Assembly (NCBI GenBank): GCA_947507735.1
Contig: CANNRA010000001.1
Location: forward strand, 1-38,656
From: Actinomycetota bacterium
GTDB taxonomy: Bacteria; Actinomycetota; Thermoleophilia; Gaiellales; Gaiellaceae
DNA: 38,656 bases
Direction of reading: 5' to 3'
Part shown: positions 22,731 through 29,491 of the stretch, one piece after another
How positions within the stretch are numbered: the first letter of the stretch is position 1
How the letters are laid out: each line of letters opens with the position of its first letter
Program-made: the position numbers and the translations under genes
Notes under the pieces: generated by a model
Seen by the model: only the letters and a program-made list of their open reading frames with translations
Databases searched by the model: none
What the model was told of the DNA's origin: nothing

Positions 22731-24791
22731 ATGGCCGTGCTCGAGCCCGGGAAGATCCGCAACGTCGCCGTCGCCGGGCATCGCGGCGCGGGGAAGACGT
22801 CGCTGGTCGAAGCGCTCCTGTTCCAGTCCGGCTCGACTACGCGTCTCGGCTCGGTGGAGCAGGGAACGACGGTCTCGGACTGGGATGAGGACGAGCAGCG
22901 CCGCAGGATGTCGCTCTCGTCGTCGCTGACGCACGCCGATCACGCGGGGCACAAGATCAACCTGCTGGACATTCCCGGCGATGCCGGGTTTCAGGGCGAC
23001 TGCGTAGCGGCGTTCCCGGTGGTCGAGACGGTGCTGGTCGCCGTCAACGGCGTGCTGGGGCCCGAGGTGAACACCGGCCGAGTCTGGCAGCGCGCGGAGC
23101 GCCTCGGTCGCGCCCGCGTCGTCGCCGTGACGATGCTCGACCGCGAGCGCTCCGACTTCGAGCGCACGCTGGAGCAGCTGCGCGAGCAGCTGTCGGATCG
23201 CTGCGTTGCCGTGACGCTGCCGATCGGTGGCGAGGCGGGCTTCGGCGGCGTCGTCGATCTCGTCAGCGGCAAGGCGTTCCTGGCGGCGTCGGGCGGCGCT
23301 CCGGGCAGGGAGGCCGCTGCCACCGAGATCCCCGCGGAGCTGCTGCCGGCCGTCGAGCGCTACCGCGAGCGGCTGATCGAGCTCGCCGTCGAGTCCGACG
23401 AGGCCCTGCTCGAGCGCTATCTCGAGGGCGACACGATCACGCCCGACGAGGTGCGGGGCGCCTTGCGCCGGGCCGTGGCCGCTGCCGAGCTGTTCCCGGT
23501 GCTCGCGACGGTGCCGACGCGCTGCGCCGGCGTCACAGCTCTGCTCGACCTGCTGGTGGGGGCCGCGCCGTCACCTGACCTCTTCGAGCCGCTGCTGCCG
23601 CCAGGCTCCGGCACCGCCGCCTTCGTCTTCAAGACGATCGCCGACCCGTTTGCCGGACGCATCTCCGTGTTCAAGGTGATCGAGGGCACCTTCGTCCACG
23701 ACACCGCGATCTACGACATCCGCACGCACTCCAGGGAGCGGCTTGGCCACCTGCTGGTGATGCAGGGCAAGGATCACATCGATGTCGACGAGCTCGCGGC
23801 GGGCGACATCGGCGCCGTCGGCAAGCTCAAGGACGTCCAGACCGGCGACCTGCTGCTCGACCACGACGACCAGCTTGAGGCGCCGTCGCTGGTCTACCCC
23901 GATGCGGTGATGAGCTTCGCGATCGACCCCAGGGCGAAGGGCGACGACGACAAGCTCGCTGCTGGCCTCCGGCGCCTGCACGAGGAGGATCCGACGCTCA
24001 CCTACCGCCGAGATCCACAGACCGCCGAGCTCATCGTCAGCGGCCTCTCGCAGATCCACGTCGAGGTGGCGGTCGAGCGGCTCCGGCGGCGCTTCGGCGT
24101 CGAGGTCGAGCTGCACCCGCCGCGCGTGCCGTACCTCGAGACGATCCGCAAGGAGGCCAGGGCGCGGCACCGCTACAAGAAGCAGACCGGCGGCCGCGGC
24201 CAGTTCGGCGACTGCGAGATCGTGATCGAGCCGCTACCCCAGCGTGACGGCTACGAGTTCGTCGACAACATCGTTGGCGGCGTCATCCCGCAGGGCTTCC
24301 GGCCTGCCGTGGACAAGGGCGTGCAGGAGGCGATGCTGCACGGCGAGCTCGCGGGCGCGCGCGTGCAGGGCGTGCGTGTGCGTCTCACGGACGGCCAGTT
24401 CCACGCGGTTGATTCCTCGGAGCTGGCCTTCAAGATCGCCGGCTCGCTGGCCTTCAAGGAGGCGTACGCCAGGGCCGAGCCGCTGCTGCTCGAGCCGATC
24501 ATGGAGGTCGAGGTGACGGTGCCCGACGAGACGGTTGGCGTCGTCAACGGCGACCTCAACGCCCGGCGCGGGCGCCTGCACGGGATGGAGCCGCGCGGCG
24601 GGATGACCACCATCGAGGCCGACGTGCCAATGGCCGAGCTGCTCACCTACGCGCAGACGCTCACCTCGCTCACCGGTGGCCGGGGCGACTATCACCTGCA
24701 CTTCCTGCGCTACGAGGAAGTTCCCCCGCAGATCGCCCAGAGGATCATCGAGGAGACGCGCAGGCAGCGCGAAGGCGGCGCCAGGGGCTAG
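22731..24791 (+). CDS. elongation factor G paralogue (EF-G-like) with degenerate GTPase motifs
   Basis: EF-G five-domain layout: GAGKTS P-loop, DIPG, and domain IV GQFHAVDSSELAFKIAGS. Strong SD AGGAGGAGAGAGG upstream. The G3 catalytic His is Asp (DIPGDAGF), G4 NKMD is TMLD, and the G5 GSA is missing. Confidence 0.9.
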   Translation: MAVLEPGKIRNVAVAGHRGAGKTSLVEALLFQSGSTTRLGSVEQGTTVSDWDEDEQRRRMSLSSSLTHADHAGHKINLLDIPGDAGFQGDCVAAFPVVETVLVAVNGVLGPEVNTGRVWQRAERLGRARVVAVTMLDRERSDFERTLEQLREQLSDRCVAVTLPIGGEAGFGGVVDLVSGKAFLAASGGAPGREAAATEIPAELLPAVERYRERLIELAVESDEALLERYLEGDTITPDEVRGALRRAVAAAELFPVLATVPTRCAGVTALLDLLVGAAPSPDLFEPLLPPGSGTAAFVFKTIADPFAGRISVFKVIEGTFVHDTAIYDIRTHSRERLGHLLVMQGKDHIDVDELAAGDIGAVGKLKDVQTGDLLLDHDDQLEAPSLVYPDAVMSFAIDPRAKGDDDKLAAGLRRLHEEDPTLTYRRDPQTAELIVSGLSQIHVEVAVERLRRRFGVEVELHPPRVPYLETIRKEARARHRYKKQTGGRGQFGDCEIVIEPLPQRDGYEFVDNIVGGVIPQGFRPAVDKGVQEAMLHGELAGARVQGVRVRLTDGQFHAVDSSELAFKIAGSLAFKEAYARAEPLLLEPIMEVEVTVPDETVGVVNGDLNARRGRLHGMEPRGGMTTIEADVPMAELLTYAQTLTSLTGGRGDYHLHFLRYEEVPPQIAQRIIEETRRQREGGARG

Positions 24792-24810
24792 AGGCTAGAC
24801 TCCTGCGTCC

Positions 24811-25440
24811 ATGCGCATCTCCACCGAGTGGGTTACCCGGATCTGCGCCGTCTGCGATCGAACGCTGCTGCAGGGCGAGCATGCGCGCAAGCTGCGCCGC
24901 GCCCCGAACGGCGAGCCGGTGGACGTGTGTGCCCTCTGCGAGCGCACGGCGCTCGCGCACGGCTGGGTGCGCGAGGGGACGCCATTGCTGCCGCTGCCCG
25001 GCCCGGAGCGCAGGCGCCCGCGCCAGAAGCTGCCGAGCCTCGCTGCGATCTTCGGCAATGCCCGACTGCGACGCCAGGAGTCCGAGCCAGTCGCCGGTGA
25101 GTCGAACGTCAGCCGCCTCAGCGACGTCGAGGCGGCCATCGTCGAGGCGGTCGACGCCTTCAACGCGAGCGACTTCCGACGCACGGCTGCCGGCCTGCGG
25201 CGTTCGCTCGGTGAGGCGCGCGTCAGCATCGTGCCGCTCCCCGGCCTCCGCGGCGAGGTGGTCGTAACGATCGCCTGGGATCTCTCCTGGTACCAGTACC
25301 GCATCAATCCGGACGGGGTGCAGGCGGTGCGCCTCGCGCAGCGCGGCTACGAGCTGGACGAGATTGATGAGGGGCTGCGCGGCTGGAACGGCACGCTCTC
25401 GGAGGATGGCCGCATCGTCTCCGAGATCTCTCGTGTTTGA
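24811..25440 (+). CDS. hypothetical protein with N-terminal CxxC...CxxC zinc-ribbon
   Basis: CAVCDR...(22 aa)...CALCER near the N-terminus. Good GC3 bias. It starts 19 nt after the EF-G-like stop. Confidence 0.65.
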   Translation: MRISTEWVTRICAVCDRTLLQGEHARKLRRAPNGEPVDVCALCERTALAHGWVREGTPLLPLPGPERRRPRQKLPSLAAIFGNARLRRQESEPVAGESNVSRLSDVEAAIVEAVDAFNASDFRRTAAGLRRSLGEARVSIVPLPGLRGEVVVTIAWDLSWYQYRINPDGVQAVRLAQRGYELDEIDEGLRGWNGTLSEDGRIVSEISRV

Positions 25441-25442
25441 GC

Positions 25443-25472
25443 ATGCGCCTCAGGTTTCTGAGGGGGGCGCAT
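25443..25472 (+). terminator. hairpin just after the stop of the Zn-ribbon gene (terminator candidate, no clear U-tract)
   Basis: ATGCGCCTCAG-GTTT-CTGAGG(GGGG bulge)CGCAT. Confidence 0.35.
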
Positions 25473-25509
25473 CCCCCGAAAGGGTGTCTCGCCCTGTGCG
25501 CTTCGCTCG

Positions 25510-25515
25510 TACACT
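25510..25515 (+). promoter_or_regulatory. -10-like hexamer TACACT, 6 nt upstream of GTG 25522 (leaderless-type)
   Basis: TACACT-gctgcc-GTG. Confidence 0.35.
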
Positions 25516-25521
25516 GCTGCC

Positions 25522-25743
25522 GTGATCTACTGCGTCCTCCCGCGTGAGCTTGCTCCCGAGCTCTTCGACAAGATGATCGAGCGCTACAAGGACAACCCCG
25601 AGGTGACGGTCATCGTCGACCGTCGCTGGGGTGAGGAGAGGCGCAAGGACTCGACGTTCGGTGGGCAGCGGGCGCTGCGCGAGCGTCGCCGTCGCCGGCA
25701 GCCCGGAAGCTTCCTCGACACCGATCCGCCCAGCGCCGCCTAG
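25522..25743 (+). CDS. hypothetical small protein with basic Arg-rich tail
   Basis: 73 aa. The N-terminal 35 aa look globular (LPRELAPELFDKMIERYKDNPEVTVIVDRRW), followed by an RERRRRRQ tail. A hairpin GCGCCACC-CTG-GGTGGCGC (25753-25771) follows the stop. Confidence 0.5.
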   Translation: MIYCVLPRELAPELFDKMIERYKDNPEVTVIVDRRWGEERRKDSTFGGQRALRERRRRRQPGSFLDTDPPSAA

Positions 25744-25831
25744 GGCGGTGCAGCGCCACCCTGGGTGGCGCGTGCCTCGCCGCCTGGCGTGACCCCGTAG
25801 CCGTCCGGCCACGCCCCTACCATCCGCCCTC

Positions 25832-26158
25832 GTGCCTGTCGCCCGCTACACACTCGTCTGGTTCGTGCCGACGGACGCCGCCGACGTCACGCGTGACGCT
25901 GTCTTCGCTGCTGGCGCGGGCGAGATCGGCCGCTGCTCCTTCTACTGCGCCGGGACGGGCACGTTTCTCGGCACCGCCGGAACGCGCCCTGCGCTCGGCG
26001 TCGCCGGGGTGGAGGAGCACGTGGCAGAGATGCGCATCGAGACCGTCGTCTCGGCGCCGCGCCTGCACGACGTGGTGCGCGCGCTGATCGACGCGCACCC
26101 CTACGAGGCCGTCGCCTACGACCTCTACCCGCTCGTCGAGCTCGCCGAGGCAGTGTGA
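25832..26158 (+). CDS. PII-like NIF3/YqfO-insert-domain protein (COG3323-like), stand-alone
   Basis: YTLVWFVP...V..A.F.AGAG.IG.....C...G.GTF.........P..G......E..E.R.E..V........V..L...HPYE..AYD.Y.L matches my memory of the NIF3 insert domain. GTG start. Confidence 0.6.
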   Translation: MPVARYTLVWFVPTDAADVTRDAVFAAGAGEIGRCSFYCAGTGTFLGTAGTRPALGVAGVEEHVAEMRIETVVSAPRLHDVVRALIDAHPYEAVAYDLYPLVELAEAV

Positions 26159-26556
26159 AGGCGAAGCTCTGGACGGACGGTGGGGCCCGCGGCAACCCCG
26201 GGCCGGCGGCGTTCGGCTACGTGCTGCTGCGCGAGGATGGCGAGCAGCTCGACGCCCGTGGTGCGTACATCGGCCACGCCACGAACAACGTCGCCGAGTA
26301 CTCGGCGATGCTGGCCGGCCTGGAGAGCGCCATCGTGCTCGGCGTCACCGAGCTCGAGGTCGTCAGCGACTCCGAGCTGATGGTCAAGCAGATGCGCGGC
26401 GAGTACAAGGTGAAGAACGAGGCGCTGAAGGAGCTGCAGGGGGCTGCGGCAACGCTCGCCCGGCGCCTCGGGCGCGTGACCTACACCGCCGTCCGCCGCG
26501 AGAGCAACAAGCTGGCCGACCAGCTCGTGAACGACGCGCTCGACGCGGCTCGCTGA
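26155..26556 (+). CDS. rnhA: ribonuclease HI (type 1 RNase H) family protein
   Basis: TDGGARGNPGPAAFGYV, NNVAEYSA...GL, EVVSDSELMVKQM, NK.AD.L.N carry the DEDD catalytic pattern of small actinobacterial/archaeal RNase HI. GTG overlaps the upstream stop (GTGA). Confidence 0.85.
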   Translation: MKAKLWTDGGARGNPGPAAFGYVLLREDGEQLDARGAYIGHATNNVAEYSAMLAGLESAIVLGVTELEVVSDSELMVKQMRGEYKVKNEALKELQGAAATLARRLGRVTYTAVRRESNKLADQLVNDALDAAR

Positions 26557-26631
26557 AGCGCCGCCGGCCCTGCCGGAACGCCGCCTGCGCCGCCGGAACC
26601 ATTCACCCGGCACGCGCCCCGCGAGCCTCGC

Positions 26632-26637
26632 TATACT
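26632..26637 (+). promoter_or_regulatory. -10-like hexamer TATACT, 11 nt upstream of the tRNA-Gly 5' end
   Basis: ctcgcTATACTggtcgagcttt-GCGGATG. I could not place a convincing -35. Confidence 0.35.
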
Positions 26638-26648
26638 GGTCGAGCTTT

Positions 26649-26722
26649 GCGGATGTAGCTCAGTTGGCTAGAGCGTCTGCTTGCCATGCAGAAGGTCGTG
26701 GGTTCGAGTCCCATCATCCGCT
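26649..26722 (+). tRNA. tRNA-Gly: tRNA-Gly (anticodon GCC), CCA end not encoded
   Basis: GCGGATG-TA-GCTC-AGTTGGCTA-GAGC-G-TCTGC-TTGCCAT-GCAGA-AGGTC-GTGGG-TTCGAGT-CCCAT-CATCCGC-T. This is a complete 74-nt cloverleaf. Confidence 0.95.
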
Positions 26723-26730
26723 TGAAGAAG

Positions 26731-26754
26731 AAAGGCCCCGTTTCCGGGGCCTTT
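26731..26754. terminator. bidirectional intrinsic terminator between tRNA-Gly and the convergent Rpf-like gene
   Basis: AAAGGCCCCG-TTTC-CGGGGCCTTT: a 10-bp stem with A/T runs on both sides. It lies 9 nt after the tRNA and 7 nt after the minus-strand stop. Confidence 0.65.
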
Positions 26755-26761
26755 CGCATGC

Positions 26762-27211
26762 TCAGGCCAGGCCGCAGCTGCGGGCTGTGCCCCACTGGCG
26801 CCAGGAGCCGCCATCGCTGCGCCAGACGACCCAGGCGCGGTAGAGCTGCTCGTGCGCGGGCCAGTCCGAGGGCAGCCCTCGGCCACCGGCTACGCGCCAG
26901 GTGCTCGTGAGGAACTGCAAGCCGCCGTAGTACGGCGAGCGGCGGCCCTGCCAGTCGACACCGGCGCGGTGCCAGTCAGAAGGGGATTCATGGCGATGGA
27001 CGCAGAGGGCGTCGCGCAGCCAGGATGTGGGGGGACTCCAGCGGAGGGCGGCACGCGACGGAGTGGAGGAGCGGATGGAGCGTGCTGCCGACGCAGAGGC
27101 GACGGGGAGCAGCAGGAGTGAGGCAACGGCGGTCGTGATCGCGGCGATACGCAGATGAGGTCTCCAGACTGGTGCTCTGCCGGGGGCGCAGCCGCCCGGC
27201 CTGGCGGGCAT
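26762..27211 (-). CDS. secreted resuscitation-promoting-factor (Rpf)-like transglycosylase-domain protein
   Basis: C-terminal LCVHRHESPSDW...YYGGLQF..STW...G...EQ......W...G..W..WG....CG matches the Rpf/transglycosylase-like domain, including catalytic Glu context and the Cys pair. Signal peptide AITTAVASLLLLPVASASA. Start uncertain: ATG 27211, or CTG 27154, which lies 5 nt after GGAGAC. Confidence 0.75.
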   Translation of the reverse strand: MPARPGGCAPGRAPVWRPHLRIAAITTAVASLLLLPVASASAARSIRSSTPSRAALRWSPPTSWLRDALCVHRHESPSDWHRAGVDWQGRRSPYYGGLQFLTSTWRVAGGRGLPSDWPAHEQLYRAWVVWRSDGGSWRQWGTARSCGLA

Positions 27212-27324
27212 CGGCCTCGCGCTCTCGCCCGAGGTGACGCCTCTTCGGTTCGCGCCGAGTGCGGCGGTACGACCATGGTAGCCGCCTCTGCCGCGACCGG
27301 ACGCGGGAGGTGGCTGGTGCGCTG

Positions 27325-28473
27325 CTACTTCGTCAGACCCCAGAGCCTCGAGTAGCCGGTGACGTAGCTCGTCCCGTAGCCCGCCTGAGGTGCCGACGGA
27401 GTGCCCGCGGCGGCGATGTTCGTTGCATCGAAGATGCGGCGTGGCAGGTGCTGCGAGGCCGGTACCGGCGCGCCGGTGAGCACCCGCAGGATGACGTCCA
27501 TGTCGGCCCAGCCATGCCAGTCGAGGCTGGTGCCGATATCGAAGAGGATCACGCCCGTGCTGGCCTGTCGCCTGATCAGCTCGAGGACGGAGGCCGAGCC
27601 GTCGACGGTGCCGAGCTTCACGCGCTGCTGGGCGCCGGCAGCCCTGATGCCGGCGACGGCGAAGGCCGTCATCCCGTCGTAGATCGCGTGGACGAAGGTG
27701 ATCTCCGGATCGGCCGCGAGGGCAGCCAGCACCGCGCCGCGCAGCCGGGTCGACCACTGCGCCAGCGGCACGTTGATGACCGTCGTCGTGCAGCCTTTGC
27801 CGCAGACCTTCGCGTACTCGTCCTGGATGGCGGCGACGATGCCCCGGGACGGGCTGAACTCGTCCGCCGTGATGATCAACGTGTTGGCCTTGCCCCGCGT
27901 GTAGGCGATCGTCGCGTCGGTCGCGACACGCTGCGTCGCCTGGGAGTCCAAGTCCATGCGGGCGCTCACGTTGGCAAGCGGCGGAGTGCCCTCATTGACG
28001 AGGTTGCCGACGACCACCGGGATCCCTGCAGCCTTTGCCTTCCGCAGCACCGGCTGGAGCAGCGCGGGGTCGGGTGCGCCGATCAGAGCGATGACGTCGG
28101 CCTTCGCAGCAATCGCCTGCTCGACCCCCTCCGCCCACTGCGGCGGCTGGCCCTGGTTGGTCTGCTCGACAATCGTGATGCCGGCCGCCTTCGCAGCGGC
28201 CTTCAGGCCGCCGTTGAGCGCCTGCTGGTAGGGAAGTGCCGATAGGAGTGGGACGACGTACACCGTCTTGCCCCGGGCCTTCCTCGCGTCAAGCGCCGGC
28301 CCAGGTGCCTGCCAGACCGGGACGTCGCGGTACTTCGCGGCCTGGGCCCTGGCGTACGCCAGATCGGGCAGCGTGGAGCGAGGAGCCGGCGCTGCCTGAG
28401 CGGCCAGCCCTCCTGCCCCAGCCACTGCGATTGCTCCGAGCAGCGAAGCTGCTCTGCCCCATAGACGTCCCAT
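27325..28473 (-). CDS. ABC-transporter periplasmic substrate-binding protein (sugar/PBP-type-1-like), orphan
   Basis: Signal peptide, then the KTVYVVP...AAGITIVEQTNQ...ADVIALIG...AGIPVVV pattern of RbsB/LacI-type binding proteins. No permease or ATPase gene in the window. Confidence 0.8.
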   Translation of the reverse strand: MGRLWGRAASLLGAIAVAGAGGLAAQAAPAPRSTLPDLAYARAQAAKYRDVPVWQAPGPALDARKARGKTVYVVPLLSALPYQQALNGGLKAAAKAAGITIVEQTNQGQPPQWAEGVEQAIAAKADVIALIGAPDPALLQPVLRKAKAAGIPVVVGNLVNEGTPPLANVSARMDLDSQATQRVATDATIAYTRGKANTLIITADEFSPSRGIVAAIQDEYAKVCGKGCTTTVINVPLAQWSTRLRGAVLAALAADPEITFVHAIYDGMTAFAVAGIRAAGAQQRVKLGTVDGSASVLELIRRQASTGVILFDIGTSLDWHGWADMDVILRVLTGAPVPASQHLPRRIFDATNIAAAGTPSAPQAGYGTSYVTGYSRLWGLTK

Positions 28474-28513
28474 GCAATGCGGAGAGTGTGCCGGGTTCCG
28501 GAAGCGTCTGCCC

Positions 28514-28543
28514 GCCGCGAGCGCCGTCCTGCCGCGAGCGCCG
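28514..28543. repeat. perfect 13-nt tandem direct repeat GCCGCGAGCGCCG-TCCT-GCCGCGAGCGCCG in the intergenic region
   Basis: Copies at 28514-28526 and 28531-28543, between the ICL/PEPM-family stop (28556) and the SBP start (28473). Confidence 0.6.
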
Positions 28544-28555
28544 CTGGGTCGCTGT

Positions 28556-29491
28556 CTAGCGGGAGCCGGTGGGGGCGTCGGTGCCCGCGCCCGGGCCTGC
28601 GAGCGGGTCGAGCCCTGCGGCTTCGGCGGCGATCGAGCGGTCGAGCTCCTGCCACGCCGAGAGACCGACCGTCTCCTGGCGGCGCCCCCAGGCCAGCAGC
28701 TCGCCAGTCAGCGAGGCAGAGCTGCGCTCGGCGTGCAGGGTGGCGAAGGCACGCTCGACCGCGGCGGCGCCCATGCGCAGGGCGAGGTTGGCGTAGAGGG
28801 CGACCTTGTAGCCGAGCTCCTCGAGCCGCTCGGGCGCCAGGATCGGTGTCTTGCCGCCCTCGACGATGTTGAGCAGGCACGGTGCCGGCACGAGCGACGG
28901 GATCGCCTCGAGCTGCTCGACGCTGGAGGGCGCCTCGACGAAGACGACATCGGCGCCGGCGGCGACGTAGGCCCGCGCCCGGGCAATGGCAGCGTCGAAG
29001 CCTTCGACGGCGATGGCATCGGTGCGGGCAACCAGCACGAGGTCGCCGTCGCGCCGTGCCCGCCGCGCCGCCACCAGCTTCTCGATCATCTCTCGCTGGG
29101 CGATCACCGCCTTGCCCTCGAAGTGGCCGCACTTCTTGGGCGCCACCTGATCCTCGATGATCAGACCGCCGACACCGGCCTGCTCGAGCTCCTGCACCGT
29201 CCGGAAGGCGTTGAGGTGGTTGCCGTAGCCCGTGTCGGCGTCGGCGAGGAGGGGGATGCCGACGGCGGCCGCGATGCGGCGGTTCGCCTCGACGATCTCG
29301 CTCATCGTCAGCAGGCCGAGGTCGGGCCGGCCGAAGTGGACGTTGGCGATGCCGGCGCCGGTGGTGAAGAGCGCGGGAAAGCCGGCGCGCTCGGCGAGCA
29401 GCGCATCGAAAGCATTGGTCACGCCCGGCAGCACGACCAGGCCGGGCCCCGAGACCAGCTCGCGCAGCGTGTGCGCGGGCGTGGGCGTCAT
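28556..29491 (-). CDS. isocitrate lyase/PEP mutase superfamily enzyme (methylisocitrate-lyase / carboxyPEP-mutase / oxaloacetate-decarboxylase-like)
   Basis: DADTGYG, IIEDQVAPKKCGH (K-K-C-G-H signature), ARTDA, FVEAP. The start overlaps the upstream stop (ATGA). Confidence 0.88.
   Translation of the reverse strand: MTPTPAHTLRELVSGPGLVVLPGVTNAFDALLAERAGFPALFTTGAGIANVHFGRPDLGLLTMSEIVEANRRIAAAVGIPLLADADTGYGNHLNAFRTVQELEQAGVGGLIIEDQVAPKKCGHFEGKAVIAQREMIEKLVAARRARRDGDLVLVARTDAIAVEGFDAAIARARAYVAAGADVVFVEAPSSVEQLEAIPSLVPAPCLLNIVEGGKTPILAPERLEELGYKVALYANLALRMGAAAVERAFATLHAERSSASLTGELLAWGRRQETVGLSAWQELDRSIAAEAAGLDPLAGPGAGTDAPTGSR

Noticed and set aside
21154-26722. Genomic island or prophage bounded by tRNA-Trp and tRNA-Gly
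   Set aside because: There are no integrase, recombinase, phage or conjugation genes. The genes between the tRNAs (sigma factor, EF-G paralogue, RNase HI) look like core-type functions with host-like GC. The tRNA-Trp repeat flanks only 143 bp.
27212-27324. c-di-AMP (ydaO-type) riboswitch upstream of the Rpf-like gene
   Set aside because: I could not locate the conserved ydaO blocks (for example an ACGGGGA.../...CCGAAUCC...AGCUAACC-like pattern) on the minus strand, and the gap is shorter than the typical element. This needs an Infernal scan to be definitive.
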